This document shows, in pieces, positions 1 to 11,584 of a stretch of 64,000 nt of DNA. The DNA comes from Antedon mediterranea (Eukaryota; Animalia; Echinodermata), in NCBI RefSeq assembly GCF_964355755.1, contig NC_092673.1, positions 248,001-312,000 of the forward strand. The letters are read 5' to 3'. The translations under genes were made by a program, and so were the position numbers. The notes under the pieces are model-generated. The model made no database searches and was not told where the DNA came from. It saw only the letters and a list, made by a program, of their open reading frames with translations. Numbering within the stretch: position 1 is the first letter of the stretch; each line of letters starts with the position of its first letter.

Positions 1-66
1 TCTGAATAGAATTATATTTAAATAGTATATATTGTATATTTATATTATTTGATTTTTGTTCTTTAG

Positions 67-202
67 GGATGATGAAGAAGAAGATGAGGATACGAAAGGA
101 ACAAAGTCAGTGCTTACATTTTTCGCCCCTAAGGACTCCGACAAGTTTAAAAAACATAAATTCTTTGAAGAACGACATTTAACTCAAGTTACTGAATTTT
201 GA
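67..202 (+). CDS. Terminal coding exon of an unidentified gene entering from the left (..DDEEEDEDTKGTKSVLTFFAPKDSDKFKKHKFFEERHLTQVTEF*)
   Basis: Polypyrimidine tract and TTTAG acceptor at 62-66, open frame to TGA 200-202, AATAAA at ~257. C-terminal VTEF fits a class I PDZ-binding motif. Family not recognisable from 44 aa. Confidence 0.6.
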
Positions 203-902
203 ACATTTTTGTAAATATTTATACACAGTTTTTACACTTTACAACTTCATTGGAATAATAAATTATCATGAAATATTAAATTTGCGCAATACTGTTTCAT
301 ATTTAAGTAACTGTACTGTCTCTCTTTCAAAACATTAGTGGGAACCACGTGGTACATCAGTGGTCCTGTCTGGATTCCATAGAATCCTTTTTCTGTTTTG
401 TTGATTTACAGGTATTTAGAAAGCAGATAATGTAAAGTTTTCAAGCTGAAGCAATGAAATGTAACAGCATTTACTACAGAACTCGTGGTGTACCGCAAAC
501 TTTTGATTTTGCCATGCAAACTCTTGTTTATATCATCAAAGAATATTCTTATTTTAATGTAGTGAGCCCTCTATCACATAAATTTTCTTTGTGATAATTC
601 TATTTTCTTGAAGTGAGCCCTCTATAATTTCGTCTCTAAACTTTTACCGAAATGGCAACTTGTTATTTTTCCAGCTCTATATATATATATTTCTGATAGA
701 GAAGAGAATTGTTCATTTAATTGTAATGGTCTTCAATTGTGCTATATAAGAAAGTATAGTTTACACATTGAAATTATTTATAAATTCATGAGGCAAATGG
801 AAGAACCACGGAGTCAATATTCGTTGATATTTTTTTTAAACAGCAGACAAGGAAGGCAACGGCGGAGTTGTTTTAAAATTGCTTTATTTATTTGAATACC
901 TT

Positions 903-1034
903 ATAGTCAGGCAGCATTTGTATTTTACTTCATATATTTAGCCAAGTTTGATTTTTCACTTTTAAAAGTGAAAAATCAAACTTGGCTAAATATATGAAGT
1001 AAAGTTAATATAGTGACAAATGCTGCCCGACTAT
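903..1034. repeat. Foldback element with a perfect, spacerless 80-bp palindrome (924-1003)
   Basis: 924-963 is the exact reverse complement of 964-1003. Outer arms ATAGTCAGGCAGCATTTGT / ACAAATGCTGCCCGACTAT also pair. Confidence 0.9.
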
Positions 1035-1284
1035 TAGCCGTTCCCTGAATGAATGACCAGACTGTTTTAGTAACACGCAGTATAAAAAAGTGTTACAAAT
1101 ACTAAAAGAACTACTAGGCCTACTGAAGTTATTAGTAAACATTTAAATTAAAGAGTAAAATTGAAAATAATATTTCACACAGAGGCTTCATGCATGCACA
1201 CGGATGTATTAATCTCCGCTGAGTACAAATTAAAATATTATACGTACAATAAAAAATAAAAAAACATAGTACTGTAGTCGTAGA

Positions 1285-1411
1285 ACTAGTAGTAGTAGTA
1301 GGCCTACTAGTAGTAGGCCTACTAGTAGTAGGCCTACTAGTAGTAGGCCTACTAGTAGTAGGCCTACTAGTAGTAGGCCTACTAGTAGTAGGCCTACTAG
1401 TAGTAGGCCTA
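1285..1411. repeat. 15-bp tandem repeat (AGTAGTAGGCCTACT)n, ~8 copies
   Basis: Directly visible. It accounts for the spurious SRPTT/LLVG ORFs at 1132-1439. Confidence 0.95.
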
Positions 1412-1695
1412 CAAGACAATATAATACAACTGCGACCACTGACTTAAACTTAAGTTTTGTGCAATATGTGTGTGTTATTTCTTCTTATTCGTAAAATCTT
1501 TAAGAAGAATTTCTATTGTTATTTTATTATGATAATTAATGGACAAATAAAGCATTTCGGTAATTTCTTCAGATAATTACCAGATAAAGCTATACAATTT
1601 TCAATCACCGACACGGTAAACCGTATCAGATCGATTAGTCATGGATGAATGGACACATAAAAAAGGTCAAGAAAATGTCATTGTCTTCGCCATTT

Positions 1696-1856
1696 CTGAC
1701 CAATCAGAATACTTTACATGGTTGGTTTGTCCAATCACGTTAGCTCTATTCAAATGATTTCGTTTGGATACAGATTTTAATTTTCATCATCTTTTTATCC
1801 GCTGTGGAGAATCGTATTGTTCATAATTTGTCTGTTTTGTCTCAACAAACTGAAAG
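1696..1856 (+). promoter_or_regulatory. ARHGAP19 promoter and non-coding first exon: two CCAAT boxes plus an inverted CHR
   Basis: CCAAT at 1700 and 1731 (31 bp apart), TTCAAA at 1749-1754, donor AAG|GTATGT at 1856/1857. Confidence 0.6.
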
Positions 1857-2611
1857 GTATGTTTATTATATATGCTTCTGCATAATATATTACGAAATAC
1901 TATAATTTACAATATATAAGAAACATTATAAATTTCTATGATATTAACTGCTCAGTCAGGTTAAAAAGAAGTAAAATGTGCATGATTACCACCACCAGCC
2001 GGCCAGGCATGCAGCAGCAAAGTAGGCTTAGGCCTAGTAGGCCTAGACTAATAGTAGGCTAGGCTAGGCCTATAGCTAGGTAGGCCAACAAATAATAAGG
2101 ATGGCAAGGCGCGACTGAGGCGGTCCCAGCTAGGCATTGGCCTTCACAACAAATAAAAAAGGTTTCCTCCTTTTTTATTTATTTTGTACTTAAAAAAAAA
2201 AACAAATATGAGGGCCTAGCTAGGCTAGGCCTAGTTTTCGTAGGCTAGCCGGTGATCCTAGCTAGCTAGATAGGCCTTAATTATTATTAATAATAATATT
2301 AATAAATAAACGTTTTTCTTTTCCCCCTTTTCTTTTTTTTAAACATAAAATAGCCCATCCTAGGTAGGCTAGCTCTTTTTTAGGCCTGCCACCTATTTGC
2401 CTCTGATTCGAGAAGTCTTGTATTGTAAAAGTGTGCTATATCGCAAGCAAGCAAGATGTTCATCAGCATCCAAGAGGATGATGTTTATCAATCAATAATT
2501 AATATAATATTGTTTTTTTCTGAAATAAATAACATGAATTGTCCATGACTGGACTTTGATTAATTTCTTTTTCTTCACACGTTCAAGTGCCCAAGTACAA
2601 TAATATACATC

Positions 2612-5600
2612 ATGTCTGGTGGACTTCTGTGTAATCCTCTGCATTATGTAGAAGTGATGAAACACAAATATCCTGAGAAGTTGACCGAGTGGTGTTGTAC
2701 TGAGTTGTCGAACTTGCTAGATTTCAATGGTCCAGAGGGCTTAGGACAGATATTAGCTGGAAAGGTTGATGTGCGACAAGGAAAGACTATTGTAAAGAAA
2801 TTTCAAAAGACTAAAAAAAAAGGTAAAGTTATTAAATTAACAAAAAGTTTATATAAACACAAACCACCCTACTTATTCATTTACCAACCCACCTGTCTAC
2901 AAACAAGTGATTGTGTGTGTTTGGCAAATACTGTAAATACAAATAATATATACATCTATTTCAAGCCAATACTATACTATTAATGGTACACATTAACTGA
3001 AATTTAAGTTTAAAATATTTTCTTATTACAGCGACTAGTACAGGCATATTTGGTGCACCTTTAACAGAGGAAGGTTACTGTCATGCTCGGATGTTGATTG
3101 AGTTTCTAAAGCAATGTAAGTCTGTGTTATAAATAATAATTAAATACTAATTTATCTAGTTAAAAAACATTCTATATATTGTCCTTCAAACCCATTTTTA
3201 TTATTTTTACTGATGTTTGTAAGAAAATGACTATATTTTAATTGTCATATATTGCAACTAGAGACTGGAGGTTTCGTGTACAGTACACAGCATCCATGAT
3301 TTTCAGATTAAAATGTACAGTAGTAGAAGCTGTATTCTTCATGACAGGTGGTTCAACTGTTTGTATTTATTGTGCCCCACAGATGTAACAAAAGAAGGTA
3401 TATTTCGTGTTCCTGGCAATTCAGAGCGGCAACGCTTACTGAAAGAGAAGATTAACGCTGGTGTGGTGATTGATTTGGACAGTGACAGATTCACTCCACA
3501 TGATGTCGCTTGTGTACTCAAGTCATATCTTGGAGATTTGCCAGAACCTTTGCTAACTGACAGACACTATACAGCTCATGTGCAAGCTGCAGGTTAGATT
3601 TTTTTTTATTAAAATTTAATTTTTTGTTTAAATACTTTAACTTATCAGTAATTCTGTTTTGTATAAAAGATGGTTGTTTGATGGCTAATTACAACTACAG
3701 TTTCTAATAGTTGGTTTGTATGACAAATTTCAAGTCATAGTTTAAATAAATATTAAGTTCCTCCATTGAAAAAGAATTAATGAATACGGCATCTACTACT
3801 ATTAAAATAATATATTGGGTTGGGTCAACCGGCTCAGCTACAGTGATTAAGTTCACTTAGGTTGACCCTGGTCTCCCCAATTTTAGTTTTGTATATACTG
3901 AAATAGACCAAATACTTAATGAAATGAAATATGTTCTCTATCAGAATTAACATACAATATGCATAAGCGGTTCAAGAGTAGTGACCCTGCTATGAGAGTG
4001 AAGCTATATGAGAAACGCAATAAAGAACATGTAATGGCCATCACCAACCTGATGCTGATGTTACCAGTCAACAACTATAAGCTACTGAAAGACCTACTGG
4101 ATCTACTTCATATTGTCACAGAGCAACACGAGTTTAGCAAGATGACTGCGTTCAACTTAGGAGTTATGTTTGCTCCTCATATTCTTTGGCCTAGATATGT
4201 AAGTTTATTTTTGGTTGTTATTACCTAAGACATTAAAATTCGTTTTAAGTGGTTAATTTTTCCACAGATTAACACAAGTTTAGCACAAAAAAACATGGTA
4301 GTGATATGACATCATCGTGTCTATATATGGGCACATCACATCTTGTTGTCACATAAAGTTTGATAGTGTAGACAGAGCTTTAAAGACAGTAATATTCACA
4401 TTGGCAATTTCCTTTTCAGTTTACAACAGAAGATGTTCGAGACCAGGACTTTGTAAACATGTTAAATTGTGCTGTAGAATTTATAATCAAACATTGTAAT
4501 GAGATTTTTCAGGTAAGTTATAACCAGCACAAATTATGATAAAAAGGGTTATATTTGATTTAGTTTCAGAAACCAGTAATAACATTAATTGTTTTCTTTA
4601 AAAAGAAACGATATACAGTCAATCAAGAGTATGACATTATTCAAGCAATGAAATACTGACTATTGTGTCTTGTGACTTCTTTGATAATAATTTGGATTAT
4701 CTACAGTCCCAATATTCCGCATTGTATTATCATTTTATTATTACTAATTATGATGTGTAGTCTGATGGAGAATTTGTAGGAACAAAATAAGAGAGTGGGA
4801 TTAAGTATACTTCAATTGCATTAACATTTACCAAAGTCTTGTGTCGAGATTTAACCTAAATGTAAGGGGTAGGATTATACTCGAGAATGTGAGGATTATA
4901 CTTGGTTAATACAGTATTAATAATTTATGTAATTGTGTCACAAAAAAATATAAAAGTTTCGGCTTATTGCTACAGGTATTTTAGAAAAAGATTCACAATA
5001 TTCTTTCCATTGTTCTTTGCACATCTTTTAATTTTGCACATTCTGCTCACCATTTTATACATACTGTATACTTTAGGAAGCACCAGAACAACTGATGTAC
5101 CCTCATCTTTACTCACCATATCTGGTCATATCTCCTGGCCCAGACTTAGTGGTAATGCCTATGGTGGCAGATAATGTAGGGTGGTTGGTGGATTGAGGTT
5201 GATAATTAGAAATAGTATCTAGTGCAATTGAAAATAGAAAATCAGTTATATCTTACGGATATTTCCACTTGATGGTTGAATGACATTTTAAATATTACAT
5301 TTTGGGTACACTTTCACTGCATGATGATATAGTTGATGGTACAAGATAGGGTAAGTTTGTTATGGTACTGGGAACTTATGGTAATTAGGGAGGTTTTGCA
5401 ACCTTACGATAACGAAAACGGATACGTCACACATTTGTGAAACTTTTGAGCTGATCCCCATTTCATATTCGTAAAGCGTATTCGTGTTGACGAATATTAC
5501 CAGTCATATTCATAACTACAAAACGAGTATAGTTTTTGATCTATTTTGCACATTTTGCATTTGAATCAGGAATGATTCATGATTATAATATAATTATACT

Positions 5601-8418
5601 TTTTTATAATTTACTAAAATTCCAGGTCAATTTTGATAAATAGCAATTTTTAAAGTCCTCACTCGCCTTGAATTGATGTTACACCAGGCCTAGGCAGCCA
5701 AGCGCCAAGCAACACGTACCTGCGCTTCGCTCAAATTTACCGCAGTCATATTTTGGACGGCGCCCTCAATATTTTGTTGCCATGCGAAACAGATTTTTAC
5801 TGGCTTACGAAAAACGAATACGTGTGCGTGACGTATCTGTTTTTTTTCCTCGTATTTGTAAGATTGCGAAAACTGATACTAAGTTACTAACTGAGAAGAG
5901 AAATGTGAAACTGATATTTCACATCATAGCATATCTTTTAGAAAGGTTGGAATTGATTTCAAATGTTATTTTATATACATATTTCTTTGTATTTGTATGT
6001 ATACTTTATTTAAATGCTTTCAGGATTCTAAGAAACATTATTTTCCTTTCGGTTGGTTGGATTTGGTTTAAAGTGGTTACTGTGTTTGTAAGTCGAGTAT
6101 ACCATTTTTGAATGTAACTTTATTTTAATATGATTTCTGATGTTATTTTGTTGTAGGTTCCTACTCATATCAAATTACGTTGTGAGCGGTATGTAAAAAG
6201 TGGTGGGAAAGAATCTGCTATCCAAGACTGCTCAGAAGATAAAGTGTGGAACACAGAGGTACTGTCATTGCCCTAATATAAAATTGAAAATGTAAACAAT
6301 TAAAAGGTTAATTATTAATTTAATAATATTTATTTACAGTATGTATGTATGGTATAGCATTTCAGATTCATTTTATAATATTTTCCCAAGTATATTACTT
6401 TAAAAGATTTATAGGATGTATAATAATAATATTAATTATATTAAGATAAATAAAATGTTTGTTTTTTAGATGAGTAGTGATGGAATGGATGGTAAGCTTG
6501 CAATCAGTGGGCCACAGTTAGCTACTGTACAAGTGAAGAATGAACTAAATAACACTGGTGATGCATTATCACAACTCTACAATGAAGTTCAATCAATGCC
6601 CCCTAGTGCCAAAAAAAGAAAACTGATGAAACAGGTTAGTGACCTTTAATTAGAATAGTAACTATTCTCCTGATCACAATAGTAAATTGATGTGGTCGTC
6701 CTTGTCATGACCACCATCAGGGTCTTTGGTTTTTATATATTTAGGCAACTTGCCAACCATAAGCGAAATAATTCACAATCCTTCTCAATGGTAATCTTGT
6801 TCACAAGACAAACATATACACCAGATGCTCTACATAAACAAGTCTTTGAGAGTGGAGTTGTAATTTGTCAGTAGACAAAATCCTGACATGACATTATATG
6901 ACAGGATTACAAGCATCATAACCACCAAGCCACATCTCCACTATGTCGTGCTTAGTGTCTCCATGGAGTAATAATTATTACTCCATAGTGTCTCACAGCA
7001 CTCTACCAATTCTCATTTTAAGGTTCTCAGTGTGATTACCAACTTGGTTCTTAATATCAATGATATTATCGTGTTTTGTTTGTTAGTTTATGAAGAATAG
7101 CCACATGCCTGGAACACCAACTAGAATTCAAACAGATGCTGATGTGTATGCAAGGGAGAGACAACGGAAACACGGAAGAAGCCGATCATTGGGAGAAATT
7201 ATTGTTGTAAGTAATTATTGTATTAAAAGAATTACAGCAAATCATGTAGTCTATTTGATTCTTGTTTTCTATTTGTGTCAAAGTAATTATGTTAATAATT
7301 TTGTAGAATAAATTGATTATCTTTATAAAGAGCTTTGGTTGGCCCCAGTTTAAACTTTAGATTACCTGCTGTCCACCATCAAAAGAACCCAAATCAGAGG
7401 CTTACTGACAAGGAACTGTCATAAAGTATTTGTATTCATATGTTATAATGAATTTCTTAATTTTTAAATAAACGATATTTTTCTAGAAAAATATGGAAAA
7501 TCGTTTCTCAAGTAAAAAGAAAAGAGCAGCACCTCCACCACCAGAGAATCATGAAGAGGTAAATCTTTCACAATTACTTCCTTGTCATATTAACAATATA
7601 TTTGATCATCTTGTGGAACATTCATTGTGCAAAATTGGACCAATACTGCCAATTTATGTTACCTATATTGGTTATTTATCTACAGGCACGAAAACATGTC
7701 CAAACAGAGCGTAAAGTCATGAACGAACTAAAATCACAACTCTTCAATCTAACTCCAGAAAGCTCAGCACAGACACGTACAATTAAAATTACTCGTACAA
7801 TATACCATGATACTTCAGAAGAAAAAAGAGTGAGATAACCTTTTGTTATGTAATTCATCATGTGTAATTATTATATGATAAATATTTTATATATTATATT
7901 TTACAGGAGTACTAACAATCTGGATTTAGTGTAGAACAGGGAGGGAAGTTAGTTAATAACAATGATGTATATCCGAAACTGGGGTATTAAAATTAATTAT
8001 ATATTGAAGATGATGACAGCAAATAAATTTGTTTTGTCAGAAACGAAAATAAAATCAATTTCTGTTCCATGTCTAGATAACGAGAAGCTCATCAAGCCCA
8101 CAATCTCTTCAACATCTACAGTCACAGAACAAGAAAAACGCCAATGACTCGCCCCGTACGAGACGATACAAAGCCATTCAAGCACGAAAAGAAGCAAGAA
8201 TGAAGCCTCAGCCTGCTCCAAGAATAATGCCACTAAAACGCGGCAGCAGCTCGTCATCCGTCAATCGGCCGGTACCTGCACCGCGTACATCAGTCAACAG
8301 TCCAATGAAAAGGAAGAACAGCGATCGGAGAGTAGCTAACACTAATGGAAGTGGCGAACGACAAAGGTTATACAGTACTAGAAAAATGGTATGTACCTAC
8401 CACATCTTGATAAAATGA
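2612..8418 (+). CDS. ARHGAP19: Rho GTPase-activating protein 19-like, multi-exon
   Basis: In-frame exons 2612-2822, 3032-3115, 3383-3592 (EGIFRVPGNSERQ arginine finger; LKSYLGDLPEPLL), 3945-4198 (KMTAFNLGVMFAPHILWP), 4420-4512, 6157-6258, 6470-6634 (LSQLYNEVQSMPPSAKKRKLMKQ), 7087-7206 (KHGRSRSLG), 7487-7558, 7686-7829, 8077-8418. An alternative end is possible via donor 8388 and exon 8588-8620. Confidence 0.9.
5387..5875. mobile_element. Degenerate non-autonomous DNA element in an ARHGAP19 intron
   Basis: Imperfect TIRs: GTTTTGCAACCTTACGATAACGAAAACGGATACGTCAC (~5393-5430) vs GTGACGTATCTGTTTT...GTAAGATTGCGAAAAC (~5828-5873). Confidence 0.55.
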
Positions 8419-9519
8419 TACATTTGTAACTACTGTTTAGATATTAAATACAATTATGGAAACTTAGCATAGAAATTGTCTAAAGACTGAAGAGTATTTT
8501 GTTAATACTGTATATATACCGACAAAGGTTATTTGCTACTTTTACACTTAATAATAGTTATTAATGATTTATTTAATTTTTATACAGAATACAAATAACA
8601 AAAGAGTTGCGGGTATTTGAACATACAGAAGAATGTGTTGAACTTATTCAACACACTGCTGAAGTTAACCAGTTAAAAAAAAAAAGATAAATGGTGTGCT
8701 CAATTTTTACAATATCTGTATACAGACTTGAGGTTATAGAAGACTGAAACTTATTATCCAAGAAAATGACAGTGCCATTACATGTTAAGGGTTACAGGAA
8801 CTAATACAACAAATTAATAGTAGCTATTCCCATCATGCTTAGACCTAAAGGTTATAACATCGGATCAGAATAAAAAGAAAAGTATTCTATACAGTATTTG
8901 GTAGTTTGTACAATGGTTGTGCTAAAAATTCAAAAGAAAACCAATAAATAAGTGTGTTTTAGATTGCTAAATAAAAGCGGTATGATTTTAAACATTAACA
9001 ATTATCCAAATGTTAAGAAGTGTTATATTATTGTACTGTATTCTAATATCAGTTATAAACTTTGTTATAATTCCACTGTTTGAATTTATTGTAGCATATT
9101 GACTGTTTCCTTATTGATTTAAAATACAGTTCTCAAGACAATAATGAAAGTTAAAACTGACTGACCTTAAACTGTTTAGATTTTAAACTTTCAATACATT
9201 ATTACTGTAAATAATTACAATTTTATCTATTGGTATTTGCTTAGTGCATTGTGATTGAAATAACACAGTAGCTAGGCTGCCAATATTTATTTTACAAAAT
9301 TTATTTTTTAGTAGGAATATGATTTTATTGATTGAATATTTATATTGTGTGTCAATGCTTTTTAGAGCTTTATTAAATGGGTTTTCAAATATGTACTTTT
9401 TTAATATAATTTTATGTAAAAATATGAAATCTGTTTTTGTGTATGTAAATGTTTATTCTATTAATTTTATTATGCTTTAAAAAATCAAATATTTTAAAAT
9501 TTGTTTTATTAATCTTTAA

Positions 9520-9853
9520 AGATATATTGTCCCCCTAAAAATATATTTTTTTGTTGAATATGTTATTTTAATGTCACATAATAGTTATTCACTCTCACAA
9601 AAAATTGGGTCTGAAAAAATTTTATTTACCTGAGAAAAATGTAATTTAAAGCAAAAAATGGTCAAATTGTCTGGAAGACAATGAGTTTTTGGGTAATTTA
9701 ACTGTTTATTTTGTCTTTTTATAGGTGAAATAATTTTTTTCCCCCGTTTTTTTTCTTATGGAAGTGAACAACTTCATTAAAACTGCAAAATGGCCTATTC
9801 AAAGTCCGATTTTAAAATCTTTATTTTTCATGATTTTGGGGGACAATACATCT
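9520..9853. mobile_element. Kolobok-like MITE (TTAA TSD, AGAT(A/G)TATTGTCCCC TIR)
   Basis: TTAA|AGATATATTGTCCCCC...GGGGGACAATACATCT|TTAA. Related copies at 59581-60126 and 60832-61011, fragment at ~28030-28230. Confidence 0.75.
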
Positions 9854-10214
9854 TTAAATTATTTTGTTAATTTGTTCAGACTGTCAATATTATGTGTGCA
9901 GTTTTGTATATTTTTTTTAAAGATTAGGTTTTTTTTATTTACTCATTTTTATAATAGGCAGTGGGTTTTGATATTGTAAAAAAGGGCAAAAATATAGTGG
10001 GCAAGGAATTAGAATGCTAGTAAACGTAAGTCGGTTTAGGACAATGTTTTGTGATAATGTTTCTTAACATTCTTATGTTGTAAATATTATGTAAATAAAT
10101 ACATTTATAACATCTACCAATTAATTTATTTTGTTTAAATAATGTTTGTGTTGCAATTTTTTTTAAATAATTATAAAATTGTTGCGTTTCATACTATTTG
10201 GTTTTGAGTTCGAG

Positions 10215-11032
10215 CAAAGAATATAATATCACAAGAATGAGTATTCCGCGATTTTTGCATGAGAAATTTGTAACAGAGAACTCCAGAGAGTGATGCCCGC
10301 CCTCATAAGGGCGGATGTATACATACTAAATAAGACTTGATTTAATAGATATTATACATGTCACATTAAATAGAATTATGATAATAGTTTTGCAATTGTA
10401 AACTATTTTATAATACATATTTATTAACAAACTAGTGTACATTCACTTTTACAGACAATTATTTACTAACATGCTAAGGTAGTTCACAAAAAAGGCCTAA
10501 CACAGCAACACCAAAAATCAACAAATCGTTACTCAGCACGGCCTATTCTTTACCATTGCCGTGTACTACTCTACGCCCGGTAAATTAAGTATTGTTTTTA
10601 TGATATAAATTAGTATAAAATACATGTTATTATTAGGACAAAATGTTAAATGTCATTAACATTTATTTGTTTTACCAGAAACAGGTTAAATATAGGAATA
10701 TTATTAAACTATCCTACGTGAAAACGCGTAAACACCAACACTCCCGGTCACGCTATCGTAGCGCCCGGTTGATAAAGCAAACTGTTTATACGGCAGTTTT
10801 TACTAAATAAATTGCATAAAACGAACAATTAAATATCCAAAAAGTATTTAACATGATGTTGGCATGTAGTTGATAACATTTTTTATCATGAAAATACTAC
10901 CGGTGACGGTCCAGCCTTTGATTAGTGAAACCGTCACAAAAAGTCACTTATGGCGGCGCCCTACCACATGGACAATATTACTGTTACAGGGAAAATCGCG
11001 GATTACTCATTCTTGTGATATTATATTCTTTG
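10215..11032. mobile_element. Non-autonomous P-element-like transposon, 818 bp, 7-bp TSD
   Basis: ~41-bp TIRs CAAAGAATATAATATCACAAGAATGAGTA... / ...TACTCATTCTTGTGATATTATATTCTTTG, flanked by a perfect GTTCGAG direct repeat (10208-10214, 11033-11039). No ORF. Confidence 0.8.
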
Positions 11033-11584
11033 GTTCGAGTCAGTGATGCATGAAGTGTTTGAATTTGAATGTTGATGTCGACGATGAACTAGTAGGCCTA
11101 GAGTTAGTGTAGTAGTGTAGTGAAAAAACATGTGTTCTCTTTTTCTGCTATGAAAAAAGGTTTATAAAATAGTGTTAATCAATTATTAGTAGAGTATTGT
11201 GTTTGTGTATGTATATTTAGGAAAACGATGCAATATCAACATTACTTTTCCTAGTATTAACTCTCTGCGTTTAGTCTAGTAGGGTAGGCCTAGAAAATTG
11301 TCGGTAGAGAGGCTACACAGCCTATAAACCTTCCACGCAACAAGTCACTATAAATGGTCGCACACGGTTATGATGGTTGGTTCGTACCAGCCAGATGATG
11401 CTAGACAAAATTTCAGCATGCTTTAGTAGAGGGATTTTGGTCCTATCCAGTTTAATTTAAATTCTAAATCAAGGTTGTTTAGCCTATATATAAAGGTTAA
11501 CTTTTTAAAATGTAATATTAATTAAATATTAATCTCTTAAATTACTAAAAAGGTGTGCTAAAGCTCTAATGACAATAATTAACG

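Noticed and set aside
1132-1439. Mucin-like or TM-repeat ORFs
   Set aside because: Translations of the 15-bp tandem repeat.
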